The notes under the pieces: model-generated
Seen by the model: only the letters and a program-made list of their open reading frames with translations
Databases searched by the model: none
What the model was told of the DNA's origin: nothing
DNA from: Monocercomonoides exilis PA203
Taxonomy: Eukaryota; Protista; Preaxostyla
Assembly (NCBI GenBank): GCA_001643675.2
Contig: LSRY02000014.1
Location: 62,001-126,000 of the forward strand
Length of the DNA: 64,000 nucleotides
Direction: 5' to 3'
Shown here: piece after piece, positions 1 to 13,234 of the stretch
Layout: each line of letters begins with the position of its first letter
Position numbering within the stretch: position 1 is the stretch's first letter
Position numbers and translations under genes: made by a program

Positions 1-345
1 TTGCTTATCGCAAAAAAACTTAAAATACTTCAACTTCTCCCTTTCCATTTTTCACCGCTTTCTTCTGCAGCAAAAAAGAGTCCCTCCATTTCGAGCTGCT
101 CAAATCTTGGTTCTTCTATTGGAAGATTTTTATTAGTTTAATGCGATCGATTAGTCAGTTGGAAAATGGAACTACCATGCATATTCCTCTGGTTATCATG
201 CGATTCAGCTTCGTAATCTATTCTCCACATTCATCGTTTCCATTTATTTGCATACTGTTTGTGGTTTTGTAAACACTCGAGTGAAAGCATTTTATCTGCA
301 TTAGGTGAATTCTATGACTCTTCCAGATAAATCTCAGCTGATTCA

Positions 346-1335
346 TTAAAAGAAGTGAAAAAAAGGAAGAATACGAAGAATACGAAGATTACGAAGATGA
401 TGATGATAAGATGAATTAGAAGAAACTGATGCTTTTTCATTGTTTGAATTCAACTCTGCTTTTATAACAGACACATTTGTGAGTGTGGCAATCACATCCA
501 AATTCCAAGCGGCTCCTACCAGATGGATGGAGAGAAAGCCTCTCGTCAAATAGCAGCTGCATTTTCGAGCAGTTGGCTGGCTGGGGAGAGAAGAGAAGGA
601 AAAAAAATGAATGTAATGTTGGTGAATAAGTGTGTGGCTGTAGTGTTGAGGTATCTTCTGTTTAGGAATAAGAGGAAGAGGAAGAGGAAGAAGAAGGGTT
701 GATTGATGAAGGAATTGATGAAAGCATTGGAATCTGAGAGAATGATAGAACATCAACAGGAGAAGAGGAGGGGGAGGAGGAAGAGGAGGAAGAGGAGGAT
801 GAGGAAGAGGAGGATGAGGAGGAGGAAAAGGAGGTGGATGTGAACGCAACGAAGGAGAAGAATGCGAAGAAGGTGAGGGAGAAGAAGATTTTTCAGATTG
901 AGGAGACGAGGAAGTGCCGGCAGATGGTGGAAGGATAGGAACAAATGGAGATGAAACAGTGAATGAAGGGGTGTTTGTGTGGTGTGTGTTGTGTAATGAA
1001 AGCGAATTCTCTCTCGAAATAGCAGGACCATCTGCAGATATAATTGTTGCGGAAGAAGAAGAAAATTGACGTGTCTTAAAACAATCTGTTCCTCTGAGTA
1101 GATGCCTCATCGTGCATGAAAACATTGCAGGTGGCGGAGGAGGTTGAGGGAGGGTTGGTGGAAGAGGTGGAAGAGGAGTAAGAGGCAGCGTGTCTGAAGA
1201 GTGTGGAGGCGGAGAAGGCATCTGCACACAAGAGCAATCAGATCCTTCACAAGCACTTTCAAAGGGAATTTTCGACAACATCGGCGTGTGGTAGACAGTC
1301 TCAAATTGTGTTCTGCCAGATAGAAACAATTGCAA
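346..1335 (-). CDS. Low-complexity Ser/Pro-rich hypothetical ORF, probably a decayed multigene-family fragment
   Basis: 329-aa ORF dominated by S/P/H runs with no recognisable domain. Confidence 0.25.
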   Translation of the reverse strand: MQLFLSGRTQFETVYHTPMLSKIPFESACEGSDCSCVQMPSPPPHSSDTLPLTPLPPLPPTLPQPPPPPAMFSCTMRHLLRGTDCFKTRQFSSSSATIISADGPAISRENSLSLHNTHHTNTPSFTVSSPFVPILPPSAGTSSSPQSEKSSSPSPSSHSSPSLRSHPPPFPPPHPPLPHPPLPPLPPPPPLLLLMFYHSLRFQCFHQFLHQSTLLLPLPLPLIPKQKIPQHYSHTLIHQHYIHFFSFSSLPSQPTARKCSCYLTRGFLSIHLVGAAWNLDVIATLTNVSVIKAELNSNNEKASVSSNSSYHHHLRNLRILRILPFFHFF

Positions 1336-1370
1336 TCACAATCACAACTACTCGAATTCGAGATCATATA

Positions 1371-1492
1371 TGAAGAAGAATATGAAGAAGAAGAAGAAGA
1401 AGAAGATGATGATGATGATGATGATGAGGATGAGGATGAGGATGATGACGACGACGACGACGATGAAGATGAAGGAGAAGAAGGAGAAGAAG
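1371..1492. repeat. Compound GAA/GAT/GAG/GAC trinucleotide microsatellite
   Basis: Visible tandem triplets that generate overlapping poly-E/D, poly-S and poly-K/M ORFs. Confidence 0.85.
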
Positions 1493-2760
1493 TTGACAAC
1501 ATTCAAGATATCAAGGAAGATGAAGTGTGAGTTAATGAACACGTGTGAAGACAATACCAATTATTTTTTTTATTTGCGCCTGATGCATAAGTCAACTAAT
1601 TCGTATAAACGGATAGAAAATGGAGCTAACAAAATGGAGGAGCGATGGTGCGTGCAGGAAGATTCAGAAGATGAGGTCAACTGAAAGTGGTTTTCAAAAG
1701 GCGATGATAAAGGAAGTGGAGAAAAAGATGACGAAGAAAATATTGAAGCAGATATTAACTGGCGGAGTGGAGAAGGGGAAGAGGAAGAAGAATTGTGGAA
1801 AGAAGCAAGTTGGAAAAGACAATTAAGACATGTGTTTCGATCAAGAGGAAATATTCGGCAGGAGGAATGTGAAATGATAAAAGAGCGGCATGCGCAGGGC
1901 AGAAGATTGGAATGAATAGTCGTTGAGTTAAATAATGAAAGAAAAAATGATAACGAATTCATTTCAAAAAATGAACATGAAATTCTCAAAAATAAATGAT
2001 ATAACTTATTTATATTCAAACAATCAAATGATTTTGAAATGGAAAAGGAACATCAAGGTTGACATTTTCTTTAAAAAACATTAACTTCAATCAATGTGAA
2101 AAATGTTACATGTTGAAACAACTGTTTTTAAAACTTCTTAATAAAACGGAATGATGGATGAAAACGGTAAAAATTTAAAACAAAAACAACAAAAAAACAC
2201 GAATAAGTGAAACAGATAAGCGTATGCAACTGATTTGTTAACGTTAATGCAGATTATGTATGTTTCAATGCAAAATATTGTTATTTCCAAAAATTGCGAA
2301 AAGAGATATGTGAAGAATGAACTTGATCTGTTTTTGCCTTATGAAAATACAGAAATAAATCACAATTTATAACAAAACAATAGCAAACATGCCATTTACA
2401 CGTTCTTTTCATTAATTATGCTTCAAAAAATTGCGAAAAGTTGAACCGTTTATGGAACAAAATATTCATGAAAGAATAAAAATTTGATAAATACATTAAT
2501 AAAATATTGTAAATTAACAATTATTGATGTTTGTTTCTTTGTCAACCTTGTGCACTTGCTTGTCTTCACCACTTTTCAAGGAAACCTATGAAAAGTTGAA
2601 AAATGTTTAATTAACAAAACTGATTAGACAAAATAAACACTTAACAAATCTCGCACAACACAAGGAATAAATAAAGCGGTTAAATATAGGAAATTTCAAA
2701 TATTTCCAAACCAGTTCAGATACAGTGCATGATCTTTATTGTTTATAATCAGTTTATTGC

Positions 2761-5744
2761 TTATAACAAAAGAAGAGAATTTAACGATTCCAAAGAAAGT
2801 GAATGCCTTCGATCGCCACAGATTCTTTTTAGCCTTGAAAAAAGGCGCTCGCAAGATGCCTCACTACAGGGCGATGCGATCAATGCATATGACAAATTGG
2901 CATAAATGTTGGGTAAAACTCCTTGCTTTGCTATTTCGTAGTAATAAACCATCCATTTGTCTTGAAAAATAGATTGATCATAACAAATAAAATTTGAAGA
3001 ATGCAAAGAAATTATCTGCTTTCTTATATCGGAGTTCATAGAAAAAAGAACAGAATTTGCGTAATCGTTGAATCCGCTTTTGATTCGAGGAAACCAGTCG
3101 CTTGAAATTGTCTCGAGAATTGTTGATAATGCTTTGGTCCTTTCATCTGAATTTTCTAAATCATCTGTTGGAAGTTGTTTGCTCGATCCAAGTAAAAACA
3201 GTTCGTCAACGATATTTTCATTGGAAGAATGATTGAAAACACTTGAACTTTCTTCAGTTGATGAATCGCAATCGGCAACTTGTTGGCTTTCAATTGATCC
3301 ACAAGAGTTTCGTGTGTTATATATAAATTGTTCTTTTGGAATGGTTGTTGATTCTGTCTCTTCAATGAACTCATCGTCTTCATTTTCGGTGTCATCATCT
3401 ATAATACCTAATGTTTCTAAAATAAGCTGATTCTGTAAATCATCATTCGGCTCATCGCTTGAATCATTTGTAGATAAATTATTTGTTAAATAATTGATCA
3501 ATTTGAAAAGAATATCGTTGTTCAAAACAGAACTTGAAGGTGAAAATATTGACTGTGCAATATCCGGTGCTGGTGTTTGTGCAGATGAAACAGATGCAGA
3601 TTCTTTTTCCATTTTTTCTATTTTCGTTTCAAGTTGTTGAAGCGAATAATGAAATGCATTCACAGATAAAGGAGATCCGAAATTTATCTGTTGTGTTGGT
3701 GAAATAAATGTTGGTTTTAAAAATACCGAAGAATTCTGCAATTGTTGATTGGAAAGAAGATAATTGTTTGCACTATTATCCTTTGATGTGTCTTGACTCG
3801 AAGGAATTTTCATGTTCTCTTGTTGAGCACAAGATATTGCAGAAATTTTTACAGGTGTTGTTGATGATGCTGAAGAAGAGTTGAGAAATGAATTTTGCGT
3901 TATTTGTGAATGTGTCTGCAAAGTGTTGACAGCAGGATGCGTTGATGAAAAAGGCGATAATTTTTCTGATGATTTGATAAATTGAGTGAATTCATCTTTA
4001 AGAGTATTAAGCTTCGATGAAAAGGAGATCACAAATGAGCTTCGATGGTAAAGTCTCACTCCAATTGGTGTTAAAGAAAAAGCCAACGCGAATTTGTTAC
4101 CTCGTTCTCCAGCAAGGAAATAATTATGTAATAAAATCATTAAATGGCAAATGCAAACTTGCCAATTCTCATCAGAAAAATAATCAAGATTAATCATCCA
4201 AAAATAATAAGCAAACGCTTTAAGTATTAGAGGAAAAACAGATCCCAGTTTAGTGTCATCGTTTTCGAGCAATAGTTGCAGTTCTCTTAAATGAAACAGT
4301 AATATACCACATCTGATCACATCAAAAATAGAAATATCACCAAAAAACTCAGAAATTGATGGATGTTTGCAATTCACATAAAAAAAATAACAAATGTCGT
4401 ATAAACAGAGCCACCTTGTTTTGACAAAGCAAGGGCACGTAGGATTTGTTGGATTTTTCGTTGATGTTTTCCTGTAGTCTTTGGATATCGTTATAATGGT
4501 CTCTTTCAATTGTCTCAAAAATTTGTTTTCGGAAAATAAATGGGTAATAATCAGATTGACTAAATGATTTGTGCAGTAAATAAAAAATGGTGGAGTTTGT
4601 AATTCATTTTGCCGAGTTTCACAAATAGTCGCATCCTCTGTGAGATTTTGCAACGCTAGCATTTGTGGTTTCAATCCATCTGTACAAAAACAACGAACCT
4701 CCCCATTCGCATCAGACACTTCCTTCATGATAGTATGCGCCAATTTTGTGTAATCTGCAATAGAAAAACATGCATTGTTCAGGCTCCAAAAAACTGGTTT
4801 TCCATTTTCATTCAAGGGAACAACCGTTACAATTGTTAACTTTTTTCCAGCAATAACGCCTCCATCCATCATGACGCCGACCATTGCATTGTTGATTGCT
4901 TCATTTCGTTCTTTAACTTTTCTCAAATTTTCGTCTTTAATAAGCAATGATAGTTTCCTACTGGTTAAAGATGGAAAAATGGTTTCTGAAGATAAAGAAG
5001 GGTTTTGTTGAGAAAGTCGAATTAACGAAGAAATGAATGTGTTGAATTCAGAAGAATAAGCAGATAAAAAAGCTATATTGCAATGGCTTATAAGATGAAG
5101 AAATTGCTTAATAAGAATGCAAAAATCGGAATTGAAAATCTTTTGGACTTTTTTTGGAGGTTTTGATAAAATATGAACAGAAGGTTTAGGCTTTAGATAA
5201 GATAACATTGAAGATCCTTTTGCTAGAAAGCATGAATGACTCCTAACACGATCTGTGTTTTTTCTTCCAGAAAAGCCACAGTTTATTCCGTGTTTGCTAT
5301 TTGGACATAGATAGTAAACATGCCCATCTTTTTTCAGTGATCCATCAGGTAAAACTGGCGTGTACGCAATCCAGAGGGTATTGTTGTTAACTTCAAAGTG
5401 TATTTTCCCAATTTCTTCTTTTGTATTGTTGGGGTGAAGATAATCTAAAAAATTATGTAAATTTTATCATTATATTTAAGATCCAAAATAAAAATATATA
5501 AAAGTAAACATTTTCCGTTGTTTGTGAATTTAGTGCATATCAAAGTGACAAATGAACATCCTTTCTCTTTTAATTCAGAAATTTTATCTGAAAACGCTTT
5601 TTGCTTTACATGAATACATTAATATTAAAAATTTTAAAGAATTCAAAAGAAAATCAATGTTTAACAAACTATTTGTGGAATAGATAAACAGCTTCTTAAT
5701 TCAGCTGGTAATTCAAAAATGAAACCATCATCCATTTCGGACAT
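2761..5744 (-). CDS. hAT-superfamily transposase with 2 introns
   Basis: The 815-aa ORF has MMDGG, FCTDG, the CxxH motif CTNH, TRW and the C-terminal hAT dimerisation motif PCSEASCERLFS..RHSL. It extends upstream in frame through two GT-AG introns to ATG 5744 (MSEMDDGF...), adding a BED-like C..C..H..C segment (YLCPNSKHGINCGF...RSHSC). Confidence 0.85.
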
Positions 5745-5749
5745 TTATT

Positions 5750-6039
5750 ATCGACACAACACGACAGATCTTGAGATCCGAATGATCCAGACAGATCTGA
5801 ACAGATCTTTGTCGAATTGATCTGTCGAAAACCCATTAAATACATCATGATTAATATTTTAAATAAAAATAAATATGAATAATTCTTAACAAAATATTTG
5901 AAATTAAATACAACAAATTAAAGTAAAGTAATTTTTTAATTGTGAATGAAAAAAAAATATCTTATCAAAAAAAAAAAGAATTTCCTGTCAGTCGACTAGT
6001 CGAAACCATTTTTATAAGTCGGCTTGTCGCAAAGGCCTA
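5750..6039 (-). mobile_element. Putative hAT 5' terminus with GACAGATC-like subterminal repeats and TIR-like TAGGCCTTTGCGAC
   Basis: Repeated (g)acagatc motifs at 5763-5826. The reverse complement of 6026-6039 resembles the TIR of the hAT-type MITE at 42544. The partner end was not found. Confidence 0.45.
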
Positions 6040-6419
6040 GTTTTGCGGAGTAATTTGAAATGGATCATAATTTTCTATTGATTTTTTTGAATGATATGCA
6101 TACACCAAACATGATTGATAAACATTTTGAAAATAAATTAGTTCAAATAAGATTATTAAATATTGAAATAATTAATGTTCAATTCAAACCAAGTCAATAT
6201 TTTTATTCCAATGTTTGCAAAATTGGAAAAAAAACAACACATAGCATTGTTTTGTGGATTTTTCAAATTTGTCATAGCTTCTTTAATAAAAATAGTTAAA
6301 TTATCAAAATTAATAAGAAAATTTATGGTTGTTGAATCAGAATAATAAAAACGAGACTTTCTTTTGATTTTTTTTTTTAATTTATTCTTTTGCTCATTTT
6401 TCTGACTTTTTCGAATAGC

Positions 6420-6675
6420 TGACAGGAAGTGACGTCAATGACGTCATTGACTTTAGTGACGTGCCAAAAATCCGATCACCGCTTACATGTCAGTAAAAAA
6501 TTCATAATGGAAAATTTGATTTTCAATATTTACAAAAAAATTATTTTGGAAAATATTTATTTTTTTGAAACAATAAAACAATAATGTTGGTTTTGTTTTG
6601 TGACGTGGAAATTTTTGTCACGTCCGTCAAAAATCGAAAACTTCACGTCAGAAGTCAGTACGTCACCCAGGGTTA
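6420..6675. mobile_element. TGACGT-rich transposon-end-like remnant
   Basis: Clustered TGACGT/ACGTCA motifs ending in a TIR-like sequence (reverse complement TAACCCTGGGTGAC). Confidence 0.35.
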
Positions 6676-7225
6676 TTGTAAACTGTTCTGGTTATTTTTC
6701 ATTTTCGGCAATTTGCTCTTTCTGATGGAAAAAAAATTATCATTTTTGAAAAATCATTATCAATGGGACAACTTAAAAAAATATTTTTCATTAAATGTTA
6801 AAAGCATCTAACTAAAACTAACACATGAACTGAAAATTTTAACAGTTATATAAATTTACCACTTAATTATAATTTAATATGATTATATATTCTTTTAGAA
6901 AAAAAAACAATATTCGCATTTCAATGAAATTCATTACAAAAAATCATCAATTAAAAAGGCAGCGAACAACCGTTTGCGGATTAAAGGAATAAACCAAAAA
7001 GGGAAAAAAAAAAAAGAACCGTGAAAAAACGAAATGTGAAACATTTCATTTCTTCAAACATTAACTGAACAGCCAGAAACAGATTATACAGAAAAAATAT
7101 TTTAGTTTATAAAACAAAAAACTCTCAATGTTTTTTTGGATCATTAATCAATGCTTAAAATTAAAAAAAGAAGAAGAGAGAGAGAAAAAAAAATGGAGTT
7201 TCTGTTTTGATTGAAAAGAATATGA

Positions 7226-8635
7226 TTAAACATTCATAAAATAATCTTCTAAATTTTTTGATAATTCATAACCATTATCGTTAACAAAAGAAAATATTCC
7301 ATAATGGCTTGCAATGATATCTTCGTGTCCTTCTTCTTCCAGCTTTTCAAAAACCTTCCTTTTCGTTGTCTTTCTTTTAATTTCTTCCTTTTCTTCTTTA
7401 TTCTTTTCTTTCAATCTTTCCGAAATATTCAAAAAGAAATGTAAGTATTTGCTTGTCATGCCTTCATTAAATGTTTGTCTCTGCATTCCCTCCAAAACAA
7501 CATCAACAGCTCCACCTTTAAGAAGCTCTTCAACGTTCACACTTCTATTTTCTGCTGCATCTTTAAATACAAAAACGCATTCTCTGCCAATTTTCTCATT
7601 ATTCCCTTTTGCTGCTCGATACACTTCAACAACTCCTCCAATAAGTCCAGCAGATTCCTCTTTCCACAATGCGTTTAAGTACAAGAAATTAAAAATTTCA
7701 TTGAACCATCTCATCAACACAAGCTCTTCTTTCGTTTCTTTTTCCATTTCCTCTTCTTTCTCTTCCAATCCACACCCTTAACTAGCTCTTTCAGTTCTTT
7801 TGCTGCTTCTCTCGCAGAATGCAGATCATTCACAATTATGTCTTCCAAGCTTTCGTCGTTGTGAAATCTGTATATCAAAAACTGCCAAGCTGATTGATAG
7901 GCAAGTCGTGTCAGATTCTGATGTTCCTGGTGATATTCGATGATTTCTGTTATCTCATTTAGATACAGCTCTTTTTTGATTTCCTGTTTGACAATATATG
8001 AAGAAAAACCAATAACATCAAAAATGAAATAGAAATGTTCATACATAAAATTTGGATATGTTGCTCAAAGCCAGCAAAGCTATTTCCACTTCTTTTTGAG
8101 CTTCTTCACTTTCTTCTTTCTTCGAGACAACTTTCAAAAGGCAAGGTACACAGATTGATATCAATTCATCTGAAATGAAGGAGATACTTAGCAAAAAGAA
8201 GCATTCACAAAGATCAGTCAGAAGCTTTTCATTTTCTTCTTCTTTTTTCTTCCCATTTTCATCGATTATCATCTCTTCAAATGTTTTGCCCAACAAAGAT
8301 TTGACAAAACTCTTAATATATATGTCTTTTTACTCTTTGCAATATCCAACTTGCTTCAACAACAAAATTGCGTTTCCCCATGACAATTTCTTTGCTTCAA
8401 TCATTTTGAGTATTTTGCTGAACAGCTCTGTCGTAAAAGCGAATCTCATTTCTTCTCCATTCATTTCATCAATTAATCCATTCATCTCTTCAATTTTTTG
8501 CATTTGTTCATCCTCATCGCACTCTTCAAGTCCATTAAACAATGCTTCAAAATTAAAAAGATAGAAAGAAATGCAATTACAAAAATTCAAATGCAGCAAT
8601 GGAAGCTAACCAGTAAATCTTTCGGTGATACTCAT
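7226..8635 (-). pseudogene. Pseudogene of a lineage-specific helical multigene family ('EVEIALLAL / LAYQSAWQFL / VDWK' family)
   Basis: Four collinear ORF pieces with introns, an in-frame TAA at ~8330 and a frameshift at ~7770. Paralogous to 60888-62250, ~41200-41600 and the fragments in the Merlin TIRs. Confidence 0.75.
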
Positions 8636-9133
8636 TTCCTTCGTCTTTTAGCAAAGCACATCATTCAGAAAGCATCAACATTTTTATCAATCCAAATGAA
8701 AAGAAAAATCGAGGCAGAGATAAAATGACAAATATTAAATTTACAAAACCATCTGGAAAATGTCTTTTCTCATAAGACCCTTTTTATGAAAGCACTTTTG
8801 GCAAGGTATTGCAAAGAAAAAATAAACGCTTTATCCTTTTTCTATTTGCTGTAATGGATGTTTTGATCATAAAATAACACAAAAACACAGGTTGATGAAT
8901 TATGCAATCAAAGGTTTTCAAATTCAAATTAAGAATTAAACATGTGTAACAAAAAACATTTATGTTCGACAAGTCCGTCAGTAATGAAAAATTTGCATTT
9001 ATGAATGATATTTTTTTATTCTTATTGCTTTCTTATGATTTTTTGAAATTTCAAAATGAGCATTATTTAGGCATTTGCGACAAAGAGATTTATAGCAATT
9101 TGCGTCTACGAAATGATTCACCTATGCAGAATG

Positions 9134-9166
<33 letters not shown>

Positions 9167-9800
9167 AGCTTTGATTTCAATTTCCAATCCTTCTAAAAGA
9201 CAATTTTTGAACAAGTTACTTTGAACTGATTTACCAATTTTTCATATTTATTTTTTCTTTATTGCATGATTCAATTTTGTCTTTAAAAAATAACGTGAAT
9301 GAAATTTTCACAATAAACATAATTTGATGCACTATCCAAGTCTTAGAAAAAAAACCAGAAAACATAGAAAATTTGTGGTAATAGTACTATCACAATTACA
9401 ATCAATCAGAACGAGTAAAAGGCGTAAATCAAATTATCTTGCTTGAATTACACTTTCTTTCATCTCATTGATAAGAATTATAATTTGCAAAAATCCACTA
9501 AATTTATTCAAAGTTCTGGAATTACCAATGAAAAAAAATTAATCATATACAAATTCAAATCAGGAAAATTGAATAACATCCAAGCATTTTAATTACATAC
9601 ACACTGCTATGAAATTGCGTTCAGTCAGATATCTTATCTTCATATCTTACAGTTTAACAATAGCATTCACTGTTGAATTCTCAAAATAAATTTTGGTTCA
9701 CTCAGCTTTGTCAAGAATTTTTGCTTTCAAAAAGTATGTTCAACGTGTAGTCTTTTGATGATTCTCAAATATTGAATGATAACATGCCCTTTTGATACCC

Positions 9801-11263
9801 TCATTTGGTGCATCTTTTTCTTAAAATATCTTCAAACTTAAACATAAATAAAGTCATTTGCTTTTTCCTTTCATTCATACATCTCCACAGCAATGTTCCC
9901 TTCAATTCGCATTCCTCATCAAAGCTTTCAGCCGTATCTTTGTTCTCTTCGTCTTCTAACGACATTTTGTTAAAAGCTTTTGTCACACGCTCTTTTCTCT
10001 CTTCGTTTTCCATACAGTTCAACTTCATTGGAAGCACAGCACCAACGCTGCAATCAGTTACCATTTTGTATAACTCGGCTCTTCTTCGACTTCCAACAAA
10101 ACGCTCAAACATCGTTCCTAATTCCACGTTCTCTTCTGTACTGCAATCCAGTTGTTTACCAAAGTTGTGATGAGAAAAGTATTCAGCACTCTCATAATCA
10201 TCAATATGCATATCAGATGCCTCATCAGTTTCATTTGAATCTTCTTCCATGTAATTTTCAATGCTTGAACTTTCTTCTAAATTTTTATCATTTTCTCTTT
10301 TCGTTCTTTTACTTCCAAACGATTTCATGTTTTCATATCTCTGACCTATTAAACACGCATCATTTAAATCTCTCTTAATCTTTCTAAAATGTAGTGCATT
10401 TTCACGAATATCTTGAAGCTTTTTTGCTCTTTCTCTTCTCCTTAACAATTTTTCTATACTTTCTTTTTTCATTCGTATCCTCTCGTGATGTTCTTTCATC
10501 TCTAGCTCTTTCTTTCGTTCGTTCTCTCTTTCTTTTTCCAGCTCTTTGCGCTTTGCTCGTTCGGTTCGAGTTTCTACTAATTTTATGCTTTTTGGCTGAG
10601 GAAATAAAGCAGTTTTACGTCTTCCATATTGGACTCCAGGTGTGTTGGAAAGTTTCAATAAATGAGTCAGTAAAGAACCATTTCGTGGATCCAATTGAAT
10701 AGGAGGTACAAGAGGTTCATCTGAAGAAGGTGATGTTGAAGATGCAAAATTTATTGTTGCTGCATTTTCAGAGGTTGATTTTTGAAGTTTATTGCTATTT
10801 GAAGATTTTGAATTTTCTTGTGAATCACTTGAAATAATCCGACTTTCAGATACAGGATTCACCGCCGGATTAACGGATTCAACAAAAAAAGATAGAGATG
10901 GACCAGCTTTTTGGGGGTTTGTTGAAGAACTTGTAACAGTTCCTGAGGATGAAGATTTTGCACGTTTTTGAACAAATGCTTGACCATAAATATAAGGGCG
11001 TTCTGGAGAAGATAGTGAAGTAGCAATTTGAGATAAAACTCTGCGCAGTATTGGATAAGGACTGTTAAATGGAGGACGATTAAACAATGCATCAAATTGT
11101 TCATCATCAATTCTGCTGTCTCTCAAAAACTAAACTTCCATATGTAATTTCAAAAAATAAAAACATAAATAAAGTTAACCATTTTCCCTCCTTTTTTCCC
11201 TTGAAGATCACCAAAAGCTCTCACTATTGAGCAAAAAGTCAATTTCTGTGATCTGAGGTCCAT
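9801..11263 (-). CDS. Hypothetical protein with a charged coiled-coil region, 1 intron
   Basis: 441-aa ORF joined in frame to an upstream exon (MDLRSQKL...GGKM) via a GT-AG intron. Confidence 0.7.
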
Positions 11264-11504
11264 TGCTCCAGCATAAAATGCTTTAGGAAAAGACAAATGT
11301 TCCAAAGTTGGCAAATACGTTGTAAATATTTTTGTTGTGAAAAATAGACTTTGCATAACGAAAAAAATACACAAATAAAATTGGATCTAATATATAAGAA
11401 AATATTTAACATTTATGCTGATTATTCTGCCAAAGTTCTAAATGGTTCGCAGGAAATTTGTTTTGTCGTTTTGTTACAAACTTGTTCTTTAAACATTGAT
11501 ATAT

Positions 11505-12682
11505 ATGACAAGACTTGATAATTTTGTTAAACTTGAGAAAATCGGCGAAGGAACATATGGAGTTGTTTACAAAGCAAGAGATCAACGAGTGTGCTTTTTA
11601 CATTTTTATCTTTTGAAAAAAATGTTGTTTACGTTCTATTTGTTCGAAAACATTGTGAATAATGCACATATGCTTCCAAAATAATAAAATAATTTCAGAA
11701 TGGAGATATTGTTGCAATGAAGCGTATTCGACTTGAATCAGATGAAGAAGGAGTTCCAAGCACAACCATACGAGAAATTGCATTATTGAAAGAATTACAT
11801 CATCCAAACATCATCAACCTTCGAGATGTTATCAATGCAGATAAAAAGTTAACATTGATTTTTGACTATTGCGATTTTGACGTCAAAAAATACACAGAAA
11901 GCAAGCATAGGAAAGTTGAAATGATAATTGTGAAACGTATGTTTTTCCAATTAATGGCTGGAATAGCTTTCTGCCACGCGAACAGAGTGATGCACAGGGA
12001 TTTAAAACCACAAAATCTTTTTGTGACAAAGGATCTTGTTTTAAAAATTGGTGATTTTGGATTAGCAAGAGCATTTGGGATACCTGTTCGTTCATTTACG
12101 CACGAAGTTGTTACATTATGGTATCGTCCACCCGATGTTCTTCTTGGAAACAGGAAATATACAACCGCCATTGATGTATGGAGTTGCGGTTGTATATTAG
12201 TTGAAATGATAACAGGTCGCCCTCTTTTCCCTGGTTCTTCAGACTCTGATGAACTCAATCGTATTTTCAAGTTTGCTTGTTTTTGTATTGAAAATACTTT
12301 ACAATTTATTTTGATTGATTCTATTTATTAAAGATTTCTTGGGTATCCGACTGTTACGAATTGGCCAAGCATTGTTGATCTACCTGACTTTAAACCGTCT
12401 ATTGCTTCTTCATCATTTTCATCCGTTCTCGGATCTTCTTCGTCCTCTTCGTCTGCATCTTCGTCTGCATCATCGTCGTCAGCACAGCCAAACAGCCTTT
12501 CGCTGATGCAACGCTGTTTGGGGAGCGTGGTGCCATCGCTCGATGTGAGCGGAATGGACTTGCTTCTTAAGATGCTTCAGTACGACCCGTCAAAAAGAAT
12601 AACAGCAAGAGAGGCTCTGAATCATCCGTGGTTTTCGGATATTCCAGCATCTCTCAAGTCAATGTCAATGCAAGGATTGTAG
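11505..12682 (+). CDS. Cyclin-dependent kinase (CDC2/CDK5-like, PSTTIRE), 2 introns
   Basis: [55 protein letters not shown]. Introns at 11589-11698 and ~12271-12333. Exon 3 ends [14 protein letters not shown]...TAG. Confidence 0.95.
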
Positions 12683-13234
12683 TGAACTGTTTTGACTGAT
12701 GGTTTGCGAACTGAAACCATATAAAGCTTCATCATTTATGGACAACAATTTTATATCAAGAATTTTAATCTAATCTTAATTTTTTTTACTATTTGTTGCA
12801 ACCGTGATTTTATCTATTCGTTTTTTCTTTTTTCAGTTAAAAATAGTTCAAGCCACCAAATCATACATCCATTTACATTTTAAGAATGTTTCTTTTCTAT
12901 TTGTCTTATTTTTATCGAACTCTTAATTTCCTTATAATCTTATAATTCATTATTTTAGAGCAGAATTTTAATATTTATTTTTCAAGGAACATTTATTTAT
13001 AAAATATTTTCATTGTTATTAATTTTTATAAATATTATTTTGATGATTATTTTATGTGCTTCTTTTATGACCTTTAAATTTTATCTTCATGTTACTCAAA
13101 TAATTCTTTAAATACATATATTTGTTAATTTTTTGACATAAATTTGATCTATTAAGGGCGAATTACTAAAAGATAGGGTACGAGATCTTTGTCGATCTAA
13201 TAACTTTAGTATTTTGAGTGCTGTATCGAGTAGC

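Noticed and set aside
1107-1684. Overlapping poly-S, poly-E and poly-K ORFs
   Set aside because: These are artefacts of the trinucleotide microsatellite.
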